Origin: an uncultured Bacilli bacterium
GTDB lineage: Bacteria > Bacillota_I > Bacilli_A > RF39 > UBA660
Assembly (NCBI GenBank): GCA_947627375.1
Contig: CANQVR010000002.1
Coordinates: 1-44,724, forward strand
Length of the DNA: 44,724 nucleotides
Direction of reading: 5' to 3'
The stretch's first letter is position 1. Each line of letters opens with the position of its first letter. The notes under the pieces were generated by a model. The model was not told the origin of the DNA. It searched no databases and saw only the letters and a list, made by a program, of their open reading frames with translations. The translations under genes were made by a program, and so were the position numbers. Below are positions 9,610 through 17,474 of the stretch, in pieces.

Positions 9610-11379
9610 CTACATTTCCTTATTACAAGCTTTATTTTCTATTTCTTGTTTTAAAAGTTTTAAAAACTCTTCTTTCGTAACTGTCGTAGTTTCTTTTTTT
9701 CCATATAGACGATAACTGATAGTCTTATCATTTTTTTCGTTATCTCCAAGTATTAAAGTATAAGGAATTTTAGATGTTTGAGCTTCTCTTAAACGATAAC
9801 CTAGTTTCTCATTTCTATCATCTAATTTTACTCTAATATCATTATCACTTAAGAAATCAGCTATTTCTTTAGCGTATTCTCCTTGGTGTTCTGCAGATAC
9901 TGGCATTACTGCAACTTGAGTTGGTGCAAGCCAAGTTGGAAAAGCCCCTTTACATTCTTCGATAAAAAACGCTGTAAATCTATCGAATGTTCCAAAGATT
10001 GCGCGATGAATAACAACAGGAACTTGTTTTTCTCCATTACTCGCGATATATGATAAATCAAATCTTCTCGGTAATAAGAAATCTAACTGACATGTTGAAA
10101 GTGTAACTTCAGGTCCTACTGCTGGTTTAACTTCAACATCTAACTTAGGTCCATAAAAAGCTGCTTCACCAATAGCTTCAAAATAATCTATATCCATACT
10201 ATCCAATACTTGACGAAGAGTGTTTTCTGCTTCATTCCACATCTGATCATCATCAAAATATTTTTCAGTATCTTCAGGATCTCTAAGTGAAAGTCTAAAT
10301 TTATAATTAGTAATTCCAAAATCTTTATAAACATCTAAAATAAGTCCCACAACTTTTTTAAATTCTTCTCCTATTTGGTCAGGACGAACGAATAAGTGAG
10401 CATCATTTTGACACATACATCTAACTCTTTCAAGTCCTTTCACCGCACCACTTGCTTCATATCTAAAATCAGTTGCAGCCTCACCAATACGAATTGGTAA
10501 ATCACGATAAGAATGAAGACTATTTTTATATATTAACATATGATGTGGACAATTCATTGGACGAAGGACAAATTCTTCTTCATCAACTTTCATCACTGGA
10601 AACATATTTTCTTTATAATGATCCCAATGTCCACTAGTTTTATATAAATCTACTGTTCCAACACATGGAGTATAAACATGAAGATACCCAAGACGTCTTT
10701 CTTTATCATAAATATAATTTTCAAGTTGCTTTCTGATCAAAGCCCCATTAGGAAGCCATAAAGGCATACCAGATCCAACTAAATTATGACTCATAAAAAG
10801 TTCTTGTTCACGTCCTATCTTACGATGATCACGCATCTTACATTCTTCTAAATATTCTAAGTATTTATTCAAATCTTCTTCAGTCTCAAAACAAATACCA
10901 TATATTCTTTGTAGTACTTTGTTTTTAGAATCTCCTTTAAAATATGCTCCACTACTTTTAATTAATTTAAAATGTTTTAATTCTTTTACACTTTCAACAT
11001 GAGGTCCACGACAAAGATCAGTAAAATCTCCTTGAGTATAACATGATATTACTTCTTCGTCTTCGTTCATTCTCTCAATTAAATCAATTTTATATGGATC
11101 ATTTTTAAATCTTTCAAGAGCTTCACTTTTAGATATTTCTTCTCTTACAATTCTTTTTCCATCTTTAGCAATTTTTTTCATTTCTTTTTCTATTTTCGGT
11201 AAATCCTCATCAGTTAGAGTAATATCTCCTAAATCAATATCATAATAAAATCCATCTTCAATAACAGGACCAACCCAAAATAAAGCCTTTGGATATAAAT
11301 GTTTTACAGCTTGAGCAAGTAAATGTGCACAAGAATGATTAAGTACACTTAATTTTTCATCTTCTTTAATATTAATCAT
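9610..11379 (-). CDS. thrS: Threonine--tRNA ligase, lacking the N-terminal TGS domain
   Basis: 589 aa. It begins at the editing-domain motif HSCAHLLAQAVKHLYP and carries class II core motifs (FRYEASGAVKGLERVR, GPKLD) and an anticodon-binding domain. It is about 55 aa shorter at the N-terminus than Bacillus ThrS as I recall it. Confidence 0.95.
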   Translation of the reverse strand: MINIKEDEKLSVLNHSCAHLLAQAVKHLYPKALFWVGPVIEDGFYYDIDLGDITLTDEDLPKIEKEMKKIAKDGKRIVREEISKSEALERFKNDPYKIDLIERMNEDEEVISCYTQGDFTDLCRGPHVESVKELKHFKLIKSSGAYFKGDSKNKVLQRIYGICFETEEDLNKYLEYLEECKMRDHRKIGREQELFMSHNLVGSGMPLWLPNGALIRKQLENYIYDKERRLGYLHVYTPCVGTVDLYKTSGHWDHYKENMFPVMKVDEEEFVLRPMNCPHHMLIYKNSLHSYRDLPIRIGEAATDFRYEASGAVKGLERVRCMCQNDAHLFVRPDQIGEEFKKVVGLILDVYKDFGITNYKFRLSLRDPEDTEKYFDDDQMWNEAENTLRQVLDSMDIDYFEAIGEAAFYGPKLDVEVKPAVGPEVTLSTCQLDFLLPRRFDLSYIASNGEKQVPVVIHRAIFGTFDRFTAFFIEECKGAFPTWLAPTQVAVMPVSAEHQGEYAKEIADFLSDNDIRVKLDDRNEKLGYRLREAQTSKIPYTLILGDNEKNDKTISYRLYGKKETTTVTKEEFLKLLKQEIENKACNKEM

Positions 11380-11391
11380 AAAATCCTCCTT

Positions 11392-11600
11392 AAAATTAAA
11401 ACCACATTACATGCCAGGAGCTTGTAATGCGGTACCATCCTTACTTAACTTAATTTCTATAACGGTATAACCGGAATTACTTTTCATAATTCTACTAAGA
11501 AGGTAGTAATTTATTTATTCTTTCCTTGTTTACACCTACCACAAGGTCTCTTTAAAAGATAATAAACAAATCTTGTCCTTCCTCATCGTATTTACATTTT
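11392..11600 (-). promoter_or_regulatory. T-box leader (Thr specifier) controlling thrS
   Basis: Minus-strand leader contains an AGAGA box, a candidate specifier ACU followed by A (plus-strand AGT at 11505-11507) and the T-box sequence GGATGGTACCGCA. The terminator helix CCGCATTACA...TGTAATGTGG is followed by TTTTAATTTT. Confidence 0.8.
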
Positions 11601-11601
11601 A

Positions 11602-11629
11602 AGCATATCACAAAATATAAATTTGTCAA
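11602..11629 (-). promoter_or_regulatory. Candidate sigma-A promoter for the thrS leader
   Basis: Minus strand TTGACA (11624-11629), 16-nt spacer, extended -10 TGaTATGCT (hexamer 11602-11607). It lies only 7 nt downstream of the stop of array gene A. Confidence 0.45.
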
Positions 11630-11635
11630 TAAAAA

Positions 11636-12466
11636 TTATTTTAATTTCTTTTGATAAACTTTAGTTTTTGATGTATATGCCTCAAACATTAAATCTACTA
11701 AATTATCTATCTTTTCCATATCGATACTCGATTTTATTTCTTTTATAAAATAGTCTTCTAAAAATATTTTAATATCACTTTCTTCATAATTACTATTGTC
11801 TTTATATGAAAATGGCATACTTGTAAGTAAATTTTTAGCTATCGCAATATTTTCTTTTTTATCTATTAACCATTTTATTGGTTCTACTTTTACCCAATGT
11901 GTTTCTCCATATCTTGCTTCTTTTCCATTTGAAAATTGCCTATTACTATATATATTTAATTTATTTTCCATTCTTACATATTTATTATTTTGATAAATAT
12001 ACTCTTGATATTTTTCTTTTTCTTCTTTTAACATTGAAGTATAACTTTTTTTAGTTTCTTTAAGATTTCTTTTTTTATATAAATTTTCTAATTTCGTGTC
12101 TAAATATTTATCTACTATTGTCTTAGGATACTCTCCATATTCTACTATATCTCTATTGCTTTCTAATACTTTCTTAAGTTCTTCTTTATTTTCATAAATT
12201 TTAGTTAAATCAATCACCGGTCTAACTCCAAGACCAGTCATAAACGTATGACAAAAATTCATTTTACCAGTAAAATCGACATAAAACACATCATATACAT
12301 CATAAAAATTAAAAGTTCTAGTCCAATAATTTCCCATTCTATTATCATAGACTCCACCATTTATCATTTGATAAAAATCTGTTGCTTCTGCTTCTATTCC
12401 ATATTTTTTTAAAATATCCAAATTTTCTACTTGTTTTCTTGTAAGTAAAGTTATTTCATCTTTCAT
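11636..12466 (-). CDS. Array paralog A (CLec/DUF6273-like; most divergent, AT-rich loop)
   Basis: 276 aa. NYWTRTFNFYDVYDVFYVDFTGKMNFCHTFMTGLGVRPVIDL. Confidence 0.85.
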   Translation of the reverse strand: MKDEITLLTRKQVENLDILKKYGIEAEATDFYQMINGGVYDNRMGNYWTRTFNFYDVYDVFYVDFTGKMNFCHTFMTGLGVRPVIDLTKIYENKEELKKVLESNRDIVEYGEYPKTIVDKYLDTKLENLYKKRNLKETKKSYTSMLKEEKEKYQEYIYQNNKYVRMENKLNIYSNRQFSNGKEARYGETHWVKVEPIKWLIDKKENIAIAKNLLTSMPFSYKDNSNYEESDIKIFLEDYFIKEIKSSIDMEKIDNLVDLMFEAYTSKTKVYQKKLK

Positions 12467-12470
12467 ATGA

Positions 12471-13301
12471 CTACCTCACTTTCTGCTTTGCTTTCTTCTC
12501 TTCTGGCACATATGTCTCAAACATTAAATCTATTAAATTATCTATCTTTTCCGTATCTATACTTTTACTCGGCTCTATTTCTTTTATAAAATAATCTTCT
12601 AAAAATACTTTAATATCACTTTTCTCATAATCATCATCATTTTTATATGAAAATGGCATACATGTTAATAAATTTTTAGATAAGGCAATACTCGCATTTT
12701 TATCTATCAACCACTTTATTGGTTCTACTTTTAACCAATATGTTTTTCCTCTTATTGCTTTTCTTCTATTTATAAACTCACACTCTTCCCAATACATACT
12801 TGCTTCTTTTACTCTTATATATTTATTATTTTGATAAATATACTCTTGATATTTTTCTTTTTCTTCGTTTAACATCGAAGTATAACTTTTCTTCGTTCTT
12901 TTGAGTTTAACTTTTTGATATAATTCCTCTAACTTTTTTTCTAAATTTTCATCTACTACGGACTGAGGATATTCTCCATATTCTACTATATCTATATCAC
13001 TTTCTAATACTTTCCTTAGTTCTTCTTCATTTTCATAAATTTTAGACAACGATATTACTGGACGAACTCCATGAACAGGAAGAAAAAGAGCCCAGCACTC
13101 ACTATCAGAATCATCAACATAATAAACCTTAACCAATTTTTTAGCACATGGAGTTTTTGTCCAATAAGTTCCTGTTCCACAACAAATAAATCCATTTTGA
13201 ACTTGATAAAAATCAGTTAATCCAGCTATTTTCCCTTTTGTTTTTAAAACATCTAAATTTTCTGCCTGTTCTCTTGTAAGTAAAGTTATTTCCTCTTTCA
13301 T
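12471..13301 (-). CDS. Array paralog B (CLec/DUF6273-like; unrelated AT-rich loop)
   Basis: 276 aa. Its first 111 nt are identical to paralog D. Confidence 0.85.
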   Translation of the reverse strand: MKEEITLLTREQAENLDVLKTKGKIAGLTDFYQVQNGFICCGTGTYWTKTPCAKKLVKVYYVDDSDSECWALFLPVHGVRPVISLSKIYENEEELRKVLESDIDIVEYGEYPQSVVDENLEKKLEELYQKVKLKRTKKSYTSMLNEEKEKYQEYIYQNNKYIRVKEASMYWEECEFINRRKAIRGKTYWLKVEPIKWLIDKNASIALSKNLLTCMPFSYKNDDDYEKSDIKVFLEDYFIKEIEPSKSIDTEKIDNLIDLMFETYVPEEKKAKQKVR

Positions 13302-13305
13302 ATGA

Positions 13306-14136
13306 CTACCTCACTTTCTGCTTTGCTTTCTTCTCTTTTGGTACATAAGTTACAAACATTAAATCTATTAAATTATCTATCTTTTCCATATTTATACTTT
13401 TACTCGGTTCTATTTCTTTTATAAAATAATTTTCTAAAAATACTTTAATATCACTTTTCTCATAATCATTATCATTCTCATATGAAAACGGCATAGCGGT
13501 AAGTACATTTTTAGCTATCGCAATACTCTTTTTTTTATCTATTAACCACTCTATTGGCTCTACTTTTAACCAATATGTTTCTCCTTTTATTGCTTTTCTT
13601 CCATTTGCAAATTCACAATCATCCATAGATATATTTGCTTCTTTTACTCTTATATACTTATTGTTTTGATAAAAATACTCTTGATACTTTTCTTTTTCTT
13701 CTTTTAACATCGAAGTGTAACTTTTATTAGTTTCTTTAAGATTTCCTCTTTGATATAACCTTTCTAACTTTTTCTCTAAATCGCAATCTACTACTATCTT
13801 AGGATATTCTCCGTACTCTACTATATCTCTATTACTTTCTAATACTTTATTTAATTTTTCTTCTGATTTATAGATTTGAGATAACGGTATTACCGGACGG
13901 ACCCCAAAGTAGGAATCGTACACACTATCGTAGCTCACATAGCCGCAGCCTACATAGAATACGCAGAACGAGAAGTCAGAATACGGAGTTTTGGTCCAAT
14001 AGTCCCCTTTTCCATAATGAACATATCCTCCTTGAATTATATAAAAATCTGTTTCATCTGCTTCTATTCCATATTTCTTTAAAATATCTAAATTTTTTAC
14101 TTGTTTTCTTGTAAGTAAAGTTATTTCATCTTCCAT
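13306..14136 (-). CDS. Array paralog C (carries a partly decayed GC-rich variable cassette)
   Basis: 276 aa. Shares a block of about 205 nt identical to D downstream of the cassette. Confidence 0.85.
   Translation of the reverse strand: MEDEITLLTRKQVKNLDILKKYGIEADETDFYIIQGGYVHYGKGDYWTKTPYSDFSFCVFYVGCGYVSYDSVYDSYFGVRPVIPLSQIYKSEEKLNKVLESNRDIVEYGEYPKIVVDCDLEKKLERLYQRGNLKETNKSYTSMLKEEKEKYQEYFYQNNKYIRVKEANISMDDCEFANGRKAIKGETYWLKVEPIEWLIDKKKSIAIAKNVLTAMPFSYENDNDYEKSDIKVFLENYFIKEIEPSKSINMEKIDNLIDLMFVTYVPKEKKAKQKVR
13891..13986 (-). other. Variable cassette of paralog C (32 codons; GC-rich but with AT3 drift and a broken GC hairpin)
   Basis: Coding strand: CCG TAT TCT GAC TTC TCG TTC TGC GTA TTC TAT GTA GGC TGC GGC TAT GTG AGC TAC GAT AGT GTG TAC GAT TCC TAC TTT GGG GTC CGT CCG GTA. 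Confidence 0.6.
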
Positions 14137-14140
14137 ATAA

Positions 14141-14965
14141 CTACCTCACTTTCTGCTTTGCTTTCTTCTCTTTTGGTACATAAGTTACAAACATCAAATC
14201 TACTAAATTATCTATCCTTTCCATATTTATACTTGGTTTTATTTCTTTTATAAAATAATCTTCTAAAAATACTTTAACAACACTTTTTTCATAATCATTA
14301 TCATGTTCATATGAAAACGGCATAGCGGTAAGTACATTTTTTGCTATCGCAATTTTCGCATTTTTATCTATTAACCATTCTATTGGTTCTACTTTTAACC
14401 AATATGTTTCTCCTTTTATTGCTTTTCTTCCATTTGCAAATTCACAATCATCCATAGATATATTTGCTTCTTTTACTCTTATATACTTATTGTTTTGATA
14501 AAAATACTCTTGATACTTTTCTTTTTCTTCTTTTAACATCGAAGTGTAACTTTTATTAGTTTCTTTAAGATTTCCTCTTTGATATAACCTTTCTAACGTT
14601 TCATCTAAATCGCAATCTACTACTGTCTTAGGATATTCTCCGTATTCTACTATATCTCTATTACTTTCTAATATTTTATTTAATTCTTCTTCTGATTTAT
14701 AGATTTGAGATAATGGTATTACGGGGCGGACCCCAATGCCGGTGTCGTACGCGCCGTTGCTGCTCAAGCCGCCGGAGGTGACATAGAACACGCAGTACGA
14801 GTTGCCGGAATTCGGAGTTTTGGTCCAATAAATTCCTTTTCCAGCATCATCCAATCCATTTTGAACTTGATAAAAATCAGTTAATCCAGCTATTTTCCCT
14901 TTTGTTTTTAAAACATCTAAATTTTCTGCCTGTTCTCTTGTAAGTAAAGTTATTTCCTCTTTCAT
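14141..14965 (-). CDS. Array paralog D (carries a GC-rich NNC variable cassette)
   Basis: 274 aa. YWTKTPNSGNSYCVFYVTSGGLSSNGAYDTGIGVRPVIPL. Confidence 0.85.
   Translation of the reverse strand: MKEEITLLTREQAENLDVLKTKGKIAGLTDFYQVQNGLDDAGKGIYWTKTPNSGNSYCVFYVTSGGLSSNGAYDTGIGVRPVIPLSQIYKSEEELNKILESNRDIVEYGEYPKTVVDCDLDETLERLYQRGNLKETNKSYTSMLKEEKEKYQEYFYQNNKYIRVKEANISMDDCEFANGRKAIKGETYWLKVEPIEWLIDKNAKIAIAKNVLTAMPFSYEHDNDYEKSVVKVFLEDYFIKEIKPSINMERIDNLVDLMFVTYVPKEKKAKQKVR
14720..14815 (-). other. Candidate DGR variable region (VR) of paralog D, 32 codons
   Basis: About 64% G+C by hand count. NNC codons are interleaved with invariant scaffold codons. It ends in GGGGTCCGCCCC. Confidence 0.6.
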
Positions 14966-14969
14966 ATAA

Positions 14970-15800
14970 CTACCTCACTTTCTGCTTTGCTTTCTTCTCT
15001 TTTGGTACATATGTCTCAAACATCAAATCTACTAAATTATCTATCTTTTCTATATTTACACTTGCTTCTATTTCTTTTATAAAATTCTTATTTAAAAATA
15101 TTTTAATATCACTTTTTTCATAATCATTAGAATTATAACACGAAAAAGGCATATTGGTAAGTACATTTTTTGCTATAGCAATTTTCGCGTTTTTATCTAT
15201 TAACCATTCTATTGGTTCTACTTTTACCCAATATGTTTGTTCACTTTTTGCTTCTCTTCCATTTGCAAAATGATCATCCAAAAACACATATGAAATTCCT
15301 ACTCTTACATATTTATTATCATGATAACTATACTCTTGATATTCTATTTTCTTTTGTTTTAACATTGTTAATATAGAAGTATAATTTTTTCCGGTTTCTT
15401 TTAATTTACCCATGCTATATAATCTTTCTAAATTTTTTTCTAAATATTGATCTATGACTGTCTGAGGATATTCTCCATATTCTACTATATCTATATTACT
15501 TTCTAATACTTTATTTAATTTTTCCTCAGATTTATAAATTCTTGATAAGGGCATCACCGGACGTATTCCATGAGACTCAAAAGCAAGATCATGATTTATA
15601 TTAACATCATCATAGATAGCAAGCAAGAAACTTTTAGTATCTCCATCTGGAGTTTTGGTCCAATAAGGGCCTTTTCGATTATCAACATAACCTCCTTGAA
15701 TCATATAAAAATCAGTTGCTTCTGCTTTTTTTCCATATTTCTTTAAAATAGCTAAATTTTCTGTTTGTTCTTCTGTAAGTAAAGTTATTTCATCTTCCAT
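14970..15800 (-). CDS. Array paralog E (AT-rich loop)
   Basis: 276 aa. Confidence 0.85.
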   Translation of the reverse strand: MEDEITLLTEEQTENLAILKKYGKKAEATDFYMIQGGYVDNRKGPYWTKTPDGDTKSFLLAIYDDVNINHDLAFESHGIRPVMPLSRIYKSEEKLNKVLESNIDIVEYGEYPQTVIDQYLEKNLERLYSMGKLKETGKNYTSILTMLKQKKIEYQEYSYHDNKYVRVGISYVFLDDHFANGREAKSEQTYWVKVEPIEWLIDKNAKIAIAKNVLTNMPFSCYNSNDYEKSDIKIFLNKNFIKEIEASVNIEKIDNLVDLMFETYVPKEKKAKQKVR

Positions 15801-15804
15801 ATAA

Positions 15805-16638
15805 CTACCTCACTTTCTGTTTTACTTTCTTTTTCTTTGGTACATATACATCAAACATTAAATCTACTAAATTATCTAATTTTTTCGTATTTATACTTGA
15901 TTTTATTTCTTTTATAAAATATTTTTCTAAAAATATTTTAACATCACTTTTCTCGTAATTATTATTTGCTCCAAATGAAAATGGCATATTGGCAAGTACA
16001 TTATTAGCTATTGCTAACTTTTCTTTTTTATCTATTAACCACTTTATCGGTTCTACTTTTAACCAATATGTTTCTCCTTCCATTAATTCTCTTCCATTTG
16101 CAAAATGTTTACTATCATATACATCTAATTTATTTTCCATCCTGATGTATTTATTATTCTGATAAATATATTCTTGATAATTTATTTTTTGTTCATCAAA
16201 AAGTAAATTATAAACTTTCTCAGTTTTTAAAAGTATTTTTTTTCGATATAGGCTTTCTAACTTTTTCTCTAAATCGCAATCTACTATTGTCTTAGGATAT
16301 TCTCCATATTCTACTATATTTCTATTACTTTCTAATACTTTATTTAATTCTTCTTCAGATTTATAGATTTTAGATAACGGTATTACTGGGCGAACACCAA
16401 CACTGACGTTGTAGGCATAACTTATCTGCACATCACCATAGTTATCAACATGTAAGACATCGCTAAAATTACAGGAAGACGGAGTTTTTGTCCAATAGCA
16501 TCCTTTTCTTTCATCATCAAAATAAAATCCACCTTGAATTATATAAAAGTCAGTTACTTCTGTTTCCTTTCCATATTTCTTTAAAATATCCAAATTTTCC
16601 ACTTGTTCTTTTGTAAGTAAAGTTATTTCATCTTCCAT
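15805..16638 (-). CDS. Array paralog F (33-codon loop, intermediate composition)
   Basis: 277 aa. Confidence 0.85.
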   Translation of the reverse strand: MEDEITLLTKEQVENLDILKKYGKETEVTDFYIIQGGFYFDDERKGCYWTKTPSSCNFSDVLHVDNYGDVQISYAYNVSVGVRPVIPLSKIYKSEEELNKVLESNRNIVEYGEYPKTIVDCDLEKKLESLYRKKILLKTEKVYNLLFDEQKINYQEYIYQNNKYIRMENKLDVYDSKHFANGRELMEGETYWLKVEPIKWLIDKKEKLAIANNVLANMPFSFGANNNYEKSDVKIFLEKYFIKEIKSSINTKKLDNLVDLMFDVYVPKKKKVKQKVR

Positions 16639-16642
16639 ATAA

Positions 16643-17470
16643 CTACCTCACTTTTTGTTTTGCTTTCTTCTTCGGTACATATACATCAAACATCAAATCT
16701 ATTAAATTATCTATCTTTTCCATATCCATACTTTTACTCGGGTCTATTTCATTTATAAAATATTTTTCTAAAAACACTTTAATATTACTTTTCTCATAAT
16801 TATTATTTCCTCTATATGAAAATGGCATAGTAGTAAGTGCATTTTTAGCTATCGCAATTTTCGCATTTTTATCCATTAACCACTCTATTGGTTCTACCTT
16901 TAACCAATATGTTTCTCCTTTTATTGCTTTTCTTCCATTTACAAACTCATAAGCGTTATATATATTTGCCTCTTTTACTCTTATATATTTATTATTTTGA
17001 TACTTGTACTCTTGATACTTTTCTTTTTTTCTTTTTAACATCGAAGTATATCTTTTTTTAGTTTCTTTAAGCTTTCCATTTTGATATAAATTTTCTAACT
17101 TTTTCTCTATTTTTTCATCTACTACTGTCTGAGGATATTCTCCATATTCTATTACTTCAATACCATTAGATTTACTTATATTAAAGCCTTCTTTAGATTG
17201 ATAGATTTGAGATAATGGTATTACGGGGCGGACCCCATAGCTGGAGTCGTCCGCGTAGTCGTAGTTCACATCGCCGCCGGAGCCGACATAGAACACGTCG
17301 TACGAGTTATCGGAATCCGGAGTTTTGGTCCAATAAAATCCTTTTCCAGCAATACCCAATCCTCTTTGACTTTTATAAAAATCTGTTTCCTCTGCTTCCT
17401 TTCCATATTTTTTTAAGATATCTAAATTTTCTACTTGTTCTTTCGTAAGTAGAGTTATTTCATTTTCCAT
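16643..17470 (-). CDS. Array paralog G (carries a GC-rich NNC variable cassette)
   Basis: 275 aa. YWTKTPDSDNSYDVFYVGSGGDVNYDYADDSSYGVRPVIPL. Confidence 0.85.
   Translation of the reverse strand: MENEITLLTKEQVENLDILKKYGKEAEETDFYKSQRGLGIAGKGFYWTKTPDSDNSYDVFYVGSGGDVNYDYADDSSYGVRPVIPLSQIYQSKEGFNISKSNGIEVIEYGEYPQTVVDEKIEKKLENLYQNGKLKETKKRYTSMLKRKKEKYQEYKYQNNKYIRVKEANIYNAYEFVNGRKAIKGETYWLKVEPIEWLMDKNAKIAIAKNALTTMPFSYRGNNNYEKSNIKVFLEKYFINEIDPSKSMDMEKIDNLIDLMFDVYVPKKKAKQKVR
17222..17320 (-). other. Candidate DGR variable region (VR) of paralog G, 33 codons
   Basis: About 61% G+C and about 18% A on the coding strand, by hand count. It has the same scaffold and the same GGGGTCCGCCCC 3' end as D. Confidence 0.6.
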
Positions 17471-17474
17471 ATAA

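Noticed and set aside
9610-11379. ThrRS lacking its TGS domain as a notable anomaly
   Set aside because: The truncation looks real from the N-terminal alignment I recall. TGS-less ThrRS forms probably occur in reduced low-GC lineages, so it is recorded in the feature evidence only.
17215-17448. 77-aa plus-strand ORF rich in Arg/Ser/Pro (MVLRGGPHSWSRPRSRSSHRRRSRHRTRR...)
   Set aside because: It lies antisense to array paralog G and is open only because the GC-rich variable cassette removes AT-rich stop codons. It has no RBS and its composition is an artefact of the opposite-strand NNC codons.
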